This document shows, piece by piece, positions 1 to 12,404 of a DNA stretch of 64,000 bases (position 1 is the first letter of the stretch; every line of letters starts with the position of its first letter). The position numbers and the translations under genes are program-made. The stretch covers positions 23,520,015-23,584,014 of the forward strand of contig OZ316893.1 of assembly GCA_973895155.1 (NCBI GenBank), read 5' to 3'. Source of the DNA: Marsupella aquatica (Eukaryota > Plantae > Marchantiophyta). The notes beneath the pieces are model-generated. The model ran no database searches, was not told where the DNA came from, and worked only from the letters and a program-made list of their open reading frames with translations.

Positions 1-2
1 AG

Positions 3-800
3 CTTCCTCGAGTCCCAAACCGTCGTCTTTCGTACCAGTTCGTAGCATTGGATGGTAAATTATATGTCTTAGGAGGAGAAAGCTGGTCGATCCAGAGAAA
101 TCCAGAACATGATGCCAGAAAAGTATTTGTCTTGGATTTGGCTGGACAACAGCTGTGGAAGGAATGTGCAAGTATGCTGCGACCACGACGAGAGTTTGGA
201 TGTGGTGTCATGGAAGGGAAGATTTATGTATTTGGAGGTAATACTGTAAGCTACGGGCATCATCCAGAAGGCGCATCGGAGGTGTATGATCCGAACCTGG
301 ACGCTTGGTTCCCGTTACAAAGCAGGCCAACAGGGATAATGAGCGATATCGTTATACCTGTAGGTGAAGAGCTCTTTGTGCAAAGCCCGTTTATATCGTC
401 ATTTCAAGTTTATCATGCAGGTAAGGATCAGTGGCGAGTCGTGGAGCTGAGAGGCTACGTATTTCAAATGTTCATCTTCCGCGGACAATTTTATACGTTC
501 AGTTCACATGGCATTGACGTTCACGATAATTTGTCGTGGAGACATCGGTGTTCGATCACATGTGATGAACTTGGACCGGTTGACTCTGTAGGGATTTTCC
601 CCAAGTTTGTTTTACCCGTGAATAACGAGCTGGTAGTGAACGTGAATTGGACGAACGCAGCGAACAAAACCCAGGGAGATTGTCTCCTTCTGAGTTCCGG
701 ATTCGGGAGCGAGGGCCAGGACGTGGTGTGGCGGAAAGCACCCGGCCACTCTTTTGAATCTCAGACGTTGAGGCCTTTCATGTGCCTAGTTGAGCTTTGA
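3..800 (+). CDS. Kelch-repeat protein (probably F-box/Kelch), 5'-truncated by the window edge
   Basis: Frame is open from base 3 (LPRVPNRRLSYQFVALDGKLYVLGG...) to TGA at 798-800. Kelch blades: DGKLYVLGG, CASMLRPRREFGCGVMEGKIYVFGG, SEVYDPNLDAW. The F-box is not visible and would lie upstream. Confidence 0.85.
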   Translation, partial: LPRVPNRRLSYQFVALDGKLYVLGGESWSIQRNPEHDARKVFVLDLAGQQLWKECASMLRPRREFGCGVMEGKIYVFGGNTVSYGHHPEGASEVYDPNLDAWFPLQSRPTGIMSDIVIPVGEELFVQSPFISSFQVYHAGKDQWRVVELRGYVFQMFIFRGQFYTFSSHGIDVHDNLSWRHRCSITCDELGPVDSVGIFPKFVLPVNNELVVNVNWTNAANKTQGDCLLLSSGFGSEGQDVVWRKAPGHSFESQTLRPFMCLVEL

Positions 801-2223
801 GTACGTATTTGACTCCAGTTTTATGATCATTGTTGTACATAGGAGGCTTTGATCGCCAAAGTTACTGATCACTCTATCGTAGTTTAGATCTGGTTTTGGT
901 TAGCGTAATTAAGTAGTATGGGTCCGGAAACCAGGGAGTACATCCAAGCGATCTGAGATCTCACAATAATCGGGCGTGAATTCTTGTACAACCAAATTAA
1001 GGGTGCATAGCTACTGTTAAAATCGAATAAACCCCTTGAATTGCAGTCCTGTGGTAAATAAGAGACAGGAATGTCTGAAACACCGGATCGAGAGCCTCGA
1101 GCTGAGCATCTGCATTGTTCGCTGTATTGTGATTTTGTATTAGCTAGTTTAACTGTCACCACCCGTATACGTAGTGTCTTACAAGCCAAGGTGAGGATCG
1201 GAAAGACAAACGCTGCGAAGATGGAGGACTTGAATTTGCGACGGCGTAGTGAAAAACTTAGAGATGAACATGATTAAGCAGCACAGAGACACGCTGGAGC
1301 TGAACTAGACGTTCGGAGAGACCTATGTCAACGCCTTGCGTGTCTCGAGCAGCTCGATCGGGAATGCTCTTCAAAAGTTTGGACTAAATTTGTGATAGGG
1401 TCGATATAGTTACTTCAAACTTTCGTGGACAGTTGAGAGAGTTTTTTGATACTATCGGCTTGGTCGCCCGCCTGGCAGATGCAAAGAATAATCGTTCAGT
1501 TACGAGGATATCGTATGTAATGTAGCTGAAGACTCAAGTTGTGTACCGTTCCATCGTACTAACATACTTTGAATCGAAGGTGGAGCTAGAACAGCCTGAC
1601 ACAGTATGATATATGTGCAATTGTTTTTGTGTATATATTGAGTGCAATCTCTCGGTCACTACATAATATCTAAACCCGTCGTCTGTGATGCTGCCCATCG
1701 TAGTGCCGATAAGGAGAATCCGCATAAAAATCCATGGAAGCAGACTAGATGTACTTTTCATGCTTTGACAAAGTTCTGGATACTGCTTTTCATGTCTACT
1801 GCCTTAAAACCTAAATAAAAGAACGTAGTGAACGGCCTAAAGGGTATTGTCAACTTTGTATCTAACTTCAGAGTAAGAATCTTAAATACCTGCTACATAT
1901 TGTTGCGTGAAGCCTTGACTCATCAAGTTAATACAAAAGTGTCAGGAATGCAGTCAATCAGAATTGATTGGAAGATGACGATTAATTCTGGGCTGTCCCA
2001 AGGGCTTATCCAGATGGTATTCGTGTCCTCATCTGCTGCTCGGAACCCACCCGTAATGCTGCTATGGTACAAGGAAATGAACTCGATCGGAGGTTACAAC
2101 GTACTGAACCACTTCTTATCACCTGTCGAGCTCCGTGGCGAAAGAGCAGCAGACGCTTTCTCCATCTTAGTTTAGTTAGTCTCACTTCCTGTACGTCATA
2201 CATCCAACCCTCTGGGGCCGAGC

Positions 2224-2358
2224 AGTAGCTGTGGGTCTACCCACTTTACCACTTCTCGTCGTCTGCCAAGTAGCTGTGGGTCTACCCACTTTGCCACTTC
2301 TCGTCGTCTGCCAAGTAGCTGTGGGTCTACCCACTTTACCACTTCTCGTCGTCTGCCA
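2224..2358. repeat. Tandem repeat, 45 bp x3
   Basis: Unit agtagctgtgggtctacccactttaccacttctcgtcgtctgcca starts at 2224, 2269 and 2314, with one mismatch. Confidence 0.95.
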
Positions 2359-2419
2359 TGTATGCTAGCAGCTAGCAAAATACATAAGGAGCTAGAAACA
2401 TGCCCATTTTCCTCGTTAT

Positions 2420-2588
2420 TCATTCTTCAGATTTCTTTCTCTCTCGCATTGTTTAGCAATCTTTCCGTCTTCATTCTTCAGATTTCTTTCTCTCTCACAT
2501 TGTTTAGCAATCTTTGTTTAGCAATCTTTCCGTCCACTGAAGTCCTGCAATCTTTGTTTAGCAATCTTTCCGTCCACTGAAGTCCTGC
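2420..2588. repeat. Nested short tandem duplications
   Basis: tcattcttcagatttctttctctctc..attgtttagcaatcttt occurs twice, then gcaatctttgtttagcaatctttccgtccactgaagtcctgc occurs twice. Confidence 0.85.
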
Positions 2589-3524
2589 TGTCAACAGCTC
2601 TCACCGCATTTGTAAGCTCGCTGCGGTTCTACCTAAATCTTTGCAGGACTCTAATTCCACTCTGGTCTTTTTCGAGTAAATAGATACTCTTTAGTTTGGT
2701 GCTATTGCAAGAAACAGCAACAAGTTCCGACTTTTGAAGCAATTCCCAACTGATTGAAGCTTTTTCAGGCTCATCTCAAGTCGATGAAAACCATTACAGT
2801 TTAAGTCAACCTTTGAGCTCTATCGTGGTCAATTCTCGAAATTGGTTTGGTGTTGTTAATTGAGAGATATGTGTCTTTCCGTTCACAGTGTCGCAGTCTT
2901 TTGGCCTTCACGATGGCCTTGACAAATGCATCTTCTGAATATGAACTGCCCCTGATCCATATGAGATTCATACAAGCCTTTTTCGTTACGGCTCTTTGGC
3001 TTTCGGAACAACTCATACCCTTGGAATTTTGTATACCAAGTGTAGATACTCTAAAGACCGTGCCACTTTCAATTGGTTTGGGTATACTGTATGACCATTT
3101 TGGTTACTTGACATACTGAGGTGCCCTAATTGTCCATGACGCCCTCGTTGTAAAACTTAAGTCCCTGTGGATATTTGGTCGGGGAGAGACTAACCATTTC
3201 TTATTACTCATGGGTATTCGGTACCTATAAAGGTGTAAAAATTCTCCCGGCTACATGATGATTTGCACGTGTGCAGGTGAGCAAACTTTTTCAAAGGTAC
3301 CGTCAACTTGAAGGCCATTTCTGCTGGTGGAAAGAGCACTTGGCCAGTTGGCCTAGCCACTAATGTCAGAACCCCATGCCCTTTATTCAGATGGATATTG
3401 GATACCATAACATGTGTCTTGGGTTTCTTGCCTGGTTTGACCTTGCCCATCAAACTGGCCAAAAAACTCCGGCGAAAAGACACCCGGGTTCAGGAGCAGT
3501 TCGGGCTGGGTTCGAGACTTCCTG

Positions 3525-3606
3525 TTTTGGGGCCATCATTTGAAGTTTGGGGCCATCATTTGATGTTTGGGGCCACCATTTGATGTTTTGGGGCCATCAT
3601 TTGATG
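3525..3606. repeat. Minisatellite, ~20 bp x4, followed by a G-rich tract at 3690-3742
   Basis: tttggggccatcatttga(t/a)g repeated four times. A poly-G tract capable of forming a G-quadruplex lies downstream. Confidence 0.85.
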
Positions 3607-4485
3607 GTTACGTGCCCGGCAAGGCATCATGTCCGTCAAGTTAAACTGGGGTTTCTCGAATTTCTCTAGTGGGAGCCAGTTTAAGGTTTAGGGGAGGGGG
3701 GGGGGGGGTGGGGTCTGGGGGGAGGTTTGTGGGGGTGCGGGGGAAGTCCGGAAATTTCTTCCTGTGTCATTTGACAATTTTACATGCCCAGTAAGACATT
3801 ATGCCCATCAGGTTAAACAGAATTTCTCGTAACGAAATTTCTCGTGTTTCTCTAGTGGGAGAAGTAATTAAGTACAATTTAGCATGCATATTCAATGTAT
3901 GCCAATTGAGTACTGTTTCAAATTCAGTTCGCGAGATTGTTGAAGGAGTATGTTGAAAGTCGTAGTGAGCACTTTTGATCCAGCTCGTCTTGCAATATTT
4001 GGCTACGGCGCAAAGCTTTGTCAGAAGAAGTGGAGAAAGGCATTGGTCAACTTTGAGAGTGAGTGATTGAGCATCGACAGACCTGGCGCATGTCAAGGCC
4101 ATTTTCTTTCTATCATCGTGATCATGTAAGGGTGTAACTTAATTCAGGGTGACACAATAGTATTCCACGAGAAGCATTTACGCTCATATAGGAAGTGCGA
4201 AAGATTACAGGTGACGATACAAGATACGTATGATGCAAATGTGTACAAAATGTTACATGATGAGTAAGTACATAACGGGAAACCAGTTCCGGTAGAAGCT
4301 ATCTAACGTGTCAATTTCCACATTTTCTGCAAATTACAGGAAGTCAACTGAAGCTTGCTGTGACGCTTATAGAACATTAGAGCCGCCTCAAATCAACAAG
4401 GAGTGCAGCAAACGGTAAAACAGCCTGCAACGCTGTATAGAATTGTACTATCCGTCGACAACGGGGTGGGTGCAATTCTCTTCCC

Positions 4486-5930
4486 TCAATCGCTATCCGA
4501 TGATGATTTGTCACCCGCATCCTCGGAGTGGATGGAGTCAATGATAACCACTACTGCAGCCACGAAAGCTTGATCAACCCCGCTCTTCACCTTCACTCCG
4601 TACTTGTGCTTGCCTCCTCCAAAGAAGGAAGACAGGTTGAACAACTGCTTGCCGATCTGCAAGATTAACAATAGAATAACAATCATACTTGATTGGTTTT
4701 CGCACATGGTGGCGTCACGTCATAACCTCGTCCATTGATCAGATTCTGTGACATTTCTGAAAAAGATTTCTCCCGGTGAACACATCTATGTAAAGAAGAA
4801 GACAAATACTAAATGTACAATCCATCTACCAGTGCACGATCAGATTCTGTGACATTTCTGAAAAAGATTTCTCCCGGTGAACACATCTATGTAAAGAAGA
4901 AGACAAATACTAAATGTACAATCCATCTACCAGTGCACTATCCCCTCGAAGGACGTCACAATATTCATTAAGGAACTGAGAAACGGGAGAAGCTAGATGG
5001 AGTGTTAGAAATACCTCGGCAGCAATAAACTCATCCTTGTAGACTATCGAATAATCACGGTGGGCGAAATCACCCTTGATCACGTAGTCGGCGCTGGAAG
5101 AACCTTCCACGAAGACTTCGTAAGCTTCAACATCACCCGTGATGTTCGCCTTCTTCAAAGAGAAGAGCTTGTCACTGGTCTCCCCAGCGTAGACTTCGAA
5201 TGTACTGTGAATGGTGAGGGTCTGTGACAACCGTTGCGCAACATGTCAAATTGAAGTATCTAAATGAAACGCTGACAACATATGAAAGCAAACCGTCCAA
5301 ATTAATCAATGTCCACTCTCCCTTTCCCTGATCTATCACTTCATTGTCGTCAGTCATTTCTATGCTTACGAGTGATGAATTCTATCGAATAGAGATGTGA
5401 AAGAGTGGCTTCGATTACTGTAAGAAGCATCAGGTACTTCTCAGATTCCAACAGGAAACGTAATGAACAGACAGCAAGATGGAACGTGGTCACAGAGTGC
5501 TATTGCTCGTGCTTTAACTTCAATTGAATATAGTGCGCGACAAGCAATAGTCAGCAAGTGTCACGATATATTTAGATTACTCTATAAACGCAAACCTCGG
5601 AAAATCGATTGGAGATCATCAGGGTTAGAAAATGCAACCCTCCAGCAGAGAAAGCCATACACAGACGTTCCATATTCAATTCACCAGGGCTAGAACTGAT
5701 AGATATACCTTCTTGTGCAAACTCAAGACAGGAACGTCAGCCCCATCGTAGAGAGTCTTCTTGTCGCGAAGACTGACTCTCTTCTCCGTCAAGTGGAAGA
5801 GAGATTTACCCTCAGAATCGGTGATAGCGAAGTTCCCATCATGAATTGCCGATACCTTCCTTGATATCGAGAGTTGAGATTCGTAGGGAGCGATGTACTG
5901 GTCTCCAACAACTGCCGGAATATTTGCCAT
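4486..5930 (-). CDS. LURP-one-related (Tubby C2 / DUF567) protein, 3 coding exons, 199 aa
   Basis: Exons 5930-5709, 5221-5015, 4656-4486, all GT-AG and phase 0, total 600 nt. Motifs: VVGDQYIAPY, DGNFAITDSEG, LYDGADVPVLSLHKK, DYVIKGDF, YGVKVKSGVDQAFVAAVVVIID. Probable 5' UTR intron 6517-6001 (TG|GTAATT ... TTCTTCAG|). Confidence 0.92.
4737..4938. repeat. Exact 101-bp tandem duplication inside LURP intron 2
   Basis: gatcagattctgtgac...ctaccagtgcac at 4737-4837 and 4838-4938. Confidence 0.95.
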
Positions 5931-7349
5931 TGTTCGTCTTTGATGATCTGTGCCCAATCCAGCAAGGAGCCATGATCTAATTAGAAGCTCGAAGACATTG
6001 CTGAAGAAGTACTTTTACCAACGCGTGCAGAAAAGCTAACTAATAGAGATTATTTTCAATCATTTTGCGACCTTACTTGAGCAACAAGAGAACACAAGAC
6101 TGGAACAAAGGGGAGCTACTCGGGAGCTACTCGGGCAACGTATCTATGCTCAAATCTTTGAGAACCGCTTGCAACACTTCGATGCAAGCTCGAGCTTCCA
6201 AGGTACAAAAGCCCAAATACCACGGGGGTACAAGGTCATACAACTGTTGAGTCAAATGAAACCTCCGAATGTACAGTACACTAAAGAAAAATCTGGCTTT
6301 GATTAGACCCCCAGAGGCAGTACGAACAGAGAGGAGTAGAGGACTACCCTAAACTTCACTACTCAGGTGAACAAAAAAGTTCAAGAAGATTGCAATGCTG
6401 AACACCCACAAGCTCATAATCAGGTGTAAAACGCATTCCCACAGTGCAACATCCCCTACAGGGGTATCCACCAGAACGACTCAGCAAACGGACGTAGGCA
6501 TACAGAGATGAAATTACCAGATCTAAGCTTTTGGAACACAACCACTTCGTTCTACAAAGCTAACGAGCTAGCTACACCACTTCCTCGGCCAATTCGGGCA
6601 ATGACATTTCGTCATTCACAAACGCGGACAGACTCGTCGAGTCCAGATCCAAATCCAGTCCAGATGCAGATTCGTCACACGTCCAGATCCACGCCAGCCA
6701 GAAGCTGAGCTGAGCTGAGCCAACTGATAGCTGAGCGGAGCTGGCCCTACCGAACTCACCAACATCTTACACTAATTCGCTTCACTCAACAGCACTCAAC
6801 AGTCGATCGTCGACGAAAAGCGAGGAACGGAAATGACTGAGAGCTACCCAGTTGACACCGCTTAATCGACGACCGAGGGAAGGGGTCGACTGGATTGGAT
6901 TCGACGTGATGGTGTGATAAATCTGTCAAGTCATGTCAAGGAACTAACACAAGCTGCGTCTGCTGAACTTACCGAGAAATGCGAATGCGTGCTTCCCAGT
7001 TGAAACCGACCAAAGGATTGCAGAGGGGACGGGCGACCTGAATTCGATTCGAGATGATTGTCTGATGAGAGCGTGAGTGAGAGAGAGTACTCTATGTAAT
7101 AATGGAAGGCCGATCGGTGTGCAGCTAATGTAGCAACGGGTCGAAGAGAAGCGCGCTGACGAGACTTCTGGTCGGTGGACATGCATGTTGGGACGTGGCG
7201 AAATTAAGTCGATTCATCGAAGATGCTGCAGTGAGGTGGCGCCCTCGAACTAGTTCCAACCTCATGACCCAGTACCCTTTCCGTCAACGGCCAATCGCAA
7301 GAGTATCACAATAATTAATTATATAATATTGTTATTTGTCAATTTTTAA

Positions 7350-8110
7350 TAATGACCGTCGATCCCTAGATCGACGGCCACAGTAAATTAGAAAAATACA
7401 TACCTTATTAGTGAAGATATCCTTCTGGCTATACTTGGCCCTCCCTCCCAGAGTCCCAGGTGGCAGCACCCACCCGGGATGACCCTTTACTCCAGTCATT
7501 CATCGCAACCGTCGATTCTACAAGTGGACGGTTTATTTTTCCTTAAAACTCTTCTTTAAATTACATTTTGTGTTCATTAGGGTATTCTATTATTTTTTTG
7601 AAGTTTCTATATGGTATGCAAACTTTAGTATTTTGTCTTATTTAAATTTCTTTTGTTACACATTTTTATTTCAATGTGTATTACCAAAGTGTATTCCTTG
7701 TATAATTTATTCCGGCACTCCTCTAATATTTTTAAATCTTTACTATATTTTAAATTCATCCACCCTCTAACAAACTTAGTTTAATTTCTAGTCCTTATTC
7801 TCATGATTATAGAAAAAATGATCTAAATAATGTGCATACTTTATGTCTTGAAGTACTACTCATGATTTTGTGTCCTAAATTTATGATTTTAATTATTTTG
7901 AGTGTCAATAAATAAATACATAAATATTTCTATTCATGTATATTATGTGTACATCTTAATATCATAAACTTAAATTTTTTTATTTATTATTTATTATTTT
8001 ATATATGTATTTTTATTTTTGTACTTTATATGTACAAGTTTCAATATCATAGATTGTATATCTTTTTAGTCAACGTACTATTTATATTTTAATTAGAACA
8101 CTAGTGAAAC
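7350..8110. mobile_element. Probable non-autonomous DNA-transposon remnant (hairpins plus AT-rich body)
   Basis: Hairpin ccgtcgatc-ccta-gatcgacgg at ~7356-7377. A 42-bp segment 7487-7528 recurs at 12350-12391 with 4 mismatches. 7550-8100 is very AT-rich. Family not assignable. Confidence 0.4.
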
Positions 8111-8464
8111 ATGTTCCAAGATGAACATGCTATATGGCCATAATGGCCCCTCAAATTCTGGATCATCAATTTGGTGAAAGAAATTCCAGTTTAACGTAGC
8201 CAGGTCTTCACTAAAGCTGTAAAATAAATAAAATTAAAAAACTTTCAAGGCTCCACCGAGTGTAGCAAAGTACTGTTTCCCGAGCGCCAATGACAATAGC
8301 TCCAACCCGAGCTGAAACTCTGCTTTTGGGGGTTTCGTAATGATGACTAATCTCGACAATAACGGATAATGCTCGCCGATGGCTAGAGTACTGTACCTTT
8401 GTACACTCACTCCTTCACGTTTGGATATTATTGTGGTTCGTAGAATGGTAAAACGGTCCAAACT

Positions 8465-8800
8465 GGTCCTATGTCGAGAAGCCACGCGTGGGACAGTGCA
8501 GCGCACTGTCCGACGAGTACGGCCAACAAAACAGTGTCGGTTGCCGCGTTTTGGGACAGTACAATACGGGACGGTGTGGATTCGATTAGCGATGGGTGTT
8601 CGTGCTAATCCTGAGGCTGTGAAGTGACCGACTGAAAGCTGCAGGAGGGTCGGGCTCATTGGCTTTGGTACCGAGTACCGGTCCTGTGCCACGGTGCCAC
8701 ACCAGTCCAAGTCCCTGGAATCCCGGATCCTGGTTTCGGGCAAAAGTGCATGCATGTCGTTTCTTGGAGGGCCGTAGCCAGTAGGGCAAACCCTGCCACC
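8465..8800. repeat. GC-rich palindromic region resembling transposon subterminal repeats
   Basis: Hairpin ggacagtgc-agc-gcactgtcc at 8491-8511. Repeated gtaccg/ggtacc/gtgccac motifs, similar in style to 34043-34315. Confidence 0.35.
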
Positions 8801-8999
8801 CACCGCCGTGCCTTCTGTTGAAATTTTATTGGAATTGATTTCTCTAGTAGCCTAATGCCGGCGCATTGTACGCTTATAATAGGGGTCATGCAGAGTTTGC
8901 GTCATGTGGAGCTAAGGAAATGTAACAGCAAAACCTGGTTAGTGGGGTACACATTATGTGTAGGGCCCTGGCACCATGCACTCATGCACTGCTGCTGCT

Positions 9000-9400
9000 G
9001 ACCTTTGAGGGTGAGGGATGGAGGCATCAGAGGCTGGTGTAGGGCATGGACAAAGGGAGATGACAGCGTGGGAGACCACCATTTTTTCTTTTCCCACCTT
9101 TCCCTTCCCTGTCCAGAAAGCCCACTGCACCTTCATGTCCATTATTTTTGCAATAGGCTACTTGAAGAGAAAAAAAATAGTCAAGTGTTCTTTGATAGTA
9201 ATTTACTCTACACATCAAATAGGTCAATACCATATGGATCTAGTCAAGTAAATTTGATCCTTTATTTTTCTCATTCCTCACCTCCTCCAAATATCCCAAA
9301 CAAAAGGAGTAATTTCAATTTGTTAAGCTGAAAGCCTTTTGATAAAGTAAAAGAAAATTAAGAGAAAGAAGTCTAGCATCTATAATATACAATCTTACTA
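9000..9400 (+). repeat. Dispersed repeat, copy 1 (copy 2 at ~25290-25755)
   Basis: ggatctagtcaagtaaattt...ctcctcc...ccaaacaaaa..ga..aatttcaatttgtt is shared between ~9237-9340 and ~25591-25700. Confidence 0.75.
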
Positions 9401-11994
9401 CTAATTCTCAAACAGAAGCTAGAGTGGGAGTCTAGGCTTCTAGAGTGAAACCTCTAGACCATAACTCTAGGACCCACCAATTCAAATCTATGTCACTAGA
9501 GAGGAGAATGGGATGTATGATATGTCCAAATGACAATGCAGGCTGATTTTTCTTATTCAAAGAATGGGCATTCAGGATCCTCTCTCAAAATCCACACGCA
9601 ATGGTTGCCATGATACAAATTTTTGATCTGCAACCTGGTAGCCCTTGGCCTCCACAATGGTGTCTGAAGAATTGATTTGTAATTTCCTCGCACCCTCTTT
9701 GCATTTTCTCTTCCTTTAGTCCCTATCCAAACTTTTCATTTGTAAATTGAATGTCCTTTATCTAAAAAAAGCAAACTAAGGAGTTTGAGAACTCCAAAGT
9801 GGCCCTGGACCTTCCACTATGGTCTCCCAACATCCTTTTTGCAATTTCTCATCCTTTGATCACTACCCAGCATTTTTGCTTCTAAATTGAATGCTCCTTA
9901 TCTAGAGCAGCAAAGTACCTAAGTGGGCATTCTGTCAGGGGAAGATGACATTCTATCTTCTTCTTTTTTAAATAAAATGAAATGCATCATAATAGAATGC
10001 ACCATTGCATTCCAAGGAGGACTCTCTGTCATGTGTAGGCAACATATTCCTGGCAGGCTAGGGACCAAAGTAGATTAGGTTTAATTTACCCTAGCATAAG
10101 ATGTCCAAATTAAAAGGCCTTAGCAGTTGACCTCAAGCTTTCAATTAGAACAACTCTCTGCTGTGAGAACTCTACCTAACACAAAATAGACCAGTCAGGC
10201 CTACATGAAGATCCTCAATCTCCTTGTAAGGGAATGATGACAAGGAGGGCAGGAAAGGACTTCTTGAGGGAGTTGTTGGTACGGTGTATTGACCCTTACT
10301 TTATTTGTCTTTTTTGTGGTCCCAAGATAGATTAAACCACCGTCACGTAAGACCATCCCTTTTTTTGTACATGCTTCACAACAGAGAAGGTCTTCATTGA
10401 TGGTGACAATTTTATGCAAAGTGGATCCACTGATCTTAAGTTCAAAAAATATGATATAATCAGCTGGCGTAATAAACTACCCATCATGTGTACTGACAAT
10501 GTTGTCTCAAATGCAAACTACACGATACCATTTGTATCCTAATTGTTCGAAGAGCTCATGCCAGGTTCCCAGTATTAACTAAAGTAAAATATCAAGTACT
10601 AGGGTTAGCGGTAGGATGGAAAATGTACTCCACTAACTTCCTGTCTTCTATCTTTCTTCGTGACTTTCTCATAAGTTGTCACATTCTCCATATTTGAACT
10701 CACTCTCATATGGTAAAAACTTCCACCAGTTGTGAGCAGGAAATTATGCAATGCCTCTTCAGTGTATGAAGATTTTAGAATATAAGACCCAAAAATTGCC
10801 TAAATGTTGACATTCTCACTACCCATATATGCATTGTTGGTCATAATGTCCACTCATAGTCAGGCCCAAGTGCTCTTTGTGAGACCATATCCCCCAATCC
10901 TCTCTATTGTTACCTTGTACACAAAAGCTCATGAAATTTAGTGCCTACCTTCAATGCCGGGTTTCCCTGGCTGCCACAGCTCACTTGTTGTGACTTTGGA
11001 ATACTTGTGCCGTGAGACTTCTGGATTGGGACTAGTACGAAGGCTGATTCTGTAGCAATTGGTACTTCAGATGCTCTCCTCCAACTTCCATTGGGCACTC
11101 AGAAGCTCCATCCTGGTAATTACACATCAAAATGTGACAATATATCAGTGGTGTACTTTGTCATTCCATATCATGATAGTCCCAAAAGTTTAGGGTTTAG
11201 GGTACTGAGTGTTATTCTAGAAACCAAAGCCAAAATAGACCACCATGTACTCCCATGGACCACATTTGATGCTCCATGGGAGTTTGCGGCCTTTTATTAT
11301 AATTATGAGTACTAAAACAATATATATAACACTTTTACACCCCCGTTTACACCTGCAAGCTAGGCAACTAAAGAAGGAGGAGACATGAAAAAAACACATA
11401 TCCAAGTACATCATGTTAGCACAATAAAAATTAACATGTTAGCACAATAAAAATTATTCTAATGAAGTCCTCTCCCACCCCCCCCCCCTCACACGCATCC
11501 TCGTAGTACCGAGCTTTTGTACGTCATCGAAGGTTGGCTGGACGTTGGGCCTTGGACACTACCAACAAGCTAGCTCTTCCCCCATACCTTTGGCCATCGA
11601 TTACCTTTTCGTTTTCCTCAAGGGACTCGTCCATTTCCAGATCAACTATAAATCAAAAAATGTGAAGCTCTCTTGGGATTAGTCCGGAGCCTCGCTCTTG
11701 TTCAGCTCAAGGTTATCCGCAGCCAAATCGGGAGCCAAATGCGAGCCATCGCTTTAGCAGGTGGTTGTTCATAGCCCGTGATGTACGTGAAGCTGAAACT
11801 CGAAAGCTATTGGATAGAGAACTTAAGCCGGCCTGTTTACTTGGTGTGTTTCTTTGATGTGTATATTGAAAATCAAGAAACAAAGTTTGAGACAGATGCT
11901 GCTTTTCTCAGATTCGTGGTCAGAGGGTCTGTGATGAAGCACTGTTGGTTGTATCTGATGCAGTTTACCGATATATCAATTTCAGTCGATGGTT

Positions 11995-12130
11995 ACGAAA
12001 TCGGCTGATGCAGGTAGTGCTATCTTTGACATATAATTATCAATTCTCAGAACTGCTCGTCACGAAATCGGCTGATGCACGTAGTGCTATCTTTGACATA
12101 TAATTATCAATTCTCAGAACTGCTCGTCAC
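11995..12130. repeat. Tandem duplication, 67 bp x2
   Basis: acgaaatcggctgatgca(g/c)gtagtgc...gaactgctcgtc at 11995 and 12062. Confidence 0.95.
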
Positions 12131-12404
12131 CTTTCAGAAAGAAGGTCCGGCTTGTTTGCTGTACGTCGACAGCTCATCGGAACTTGTCGTTAAGCTTGTG
12201 GTTCAATGTACGTAGTCCTAGTCTCGAAATCGAATATTATAATGCTGGTGGATAGTATATAGAACAAGCCATATCATAGGACACATTTCCAGAAATGAAC
12301 ACAGGCTCCTACCTTAGTCAGGCCCGGTGTAGGAAGATGGACGCATCACTTATTCCAGTCATTTATCGCAACCGTTGATTCTACATGTGGATAGATTTTG
12401 GGAT

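Noticed and set aside
6640-6750. (GCTGA)n tracts here and at ~33770-33830 as a shared mobile element
   Set aside because: Similarity is limited to a simple repeat. Both lie in probable 5' UTR exons of minus-strand genes.
8234-8803. 189-aa minus-strand ORF
   Set aside because: It has a GTG start and runs through palindromic repeat DNA, with no domain or splice structure.
11189-11202. (TTTAGGG)2 as an interstitial telomere
   Set aside because: Only two units, which is expected by chance or as a telo-box.
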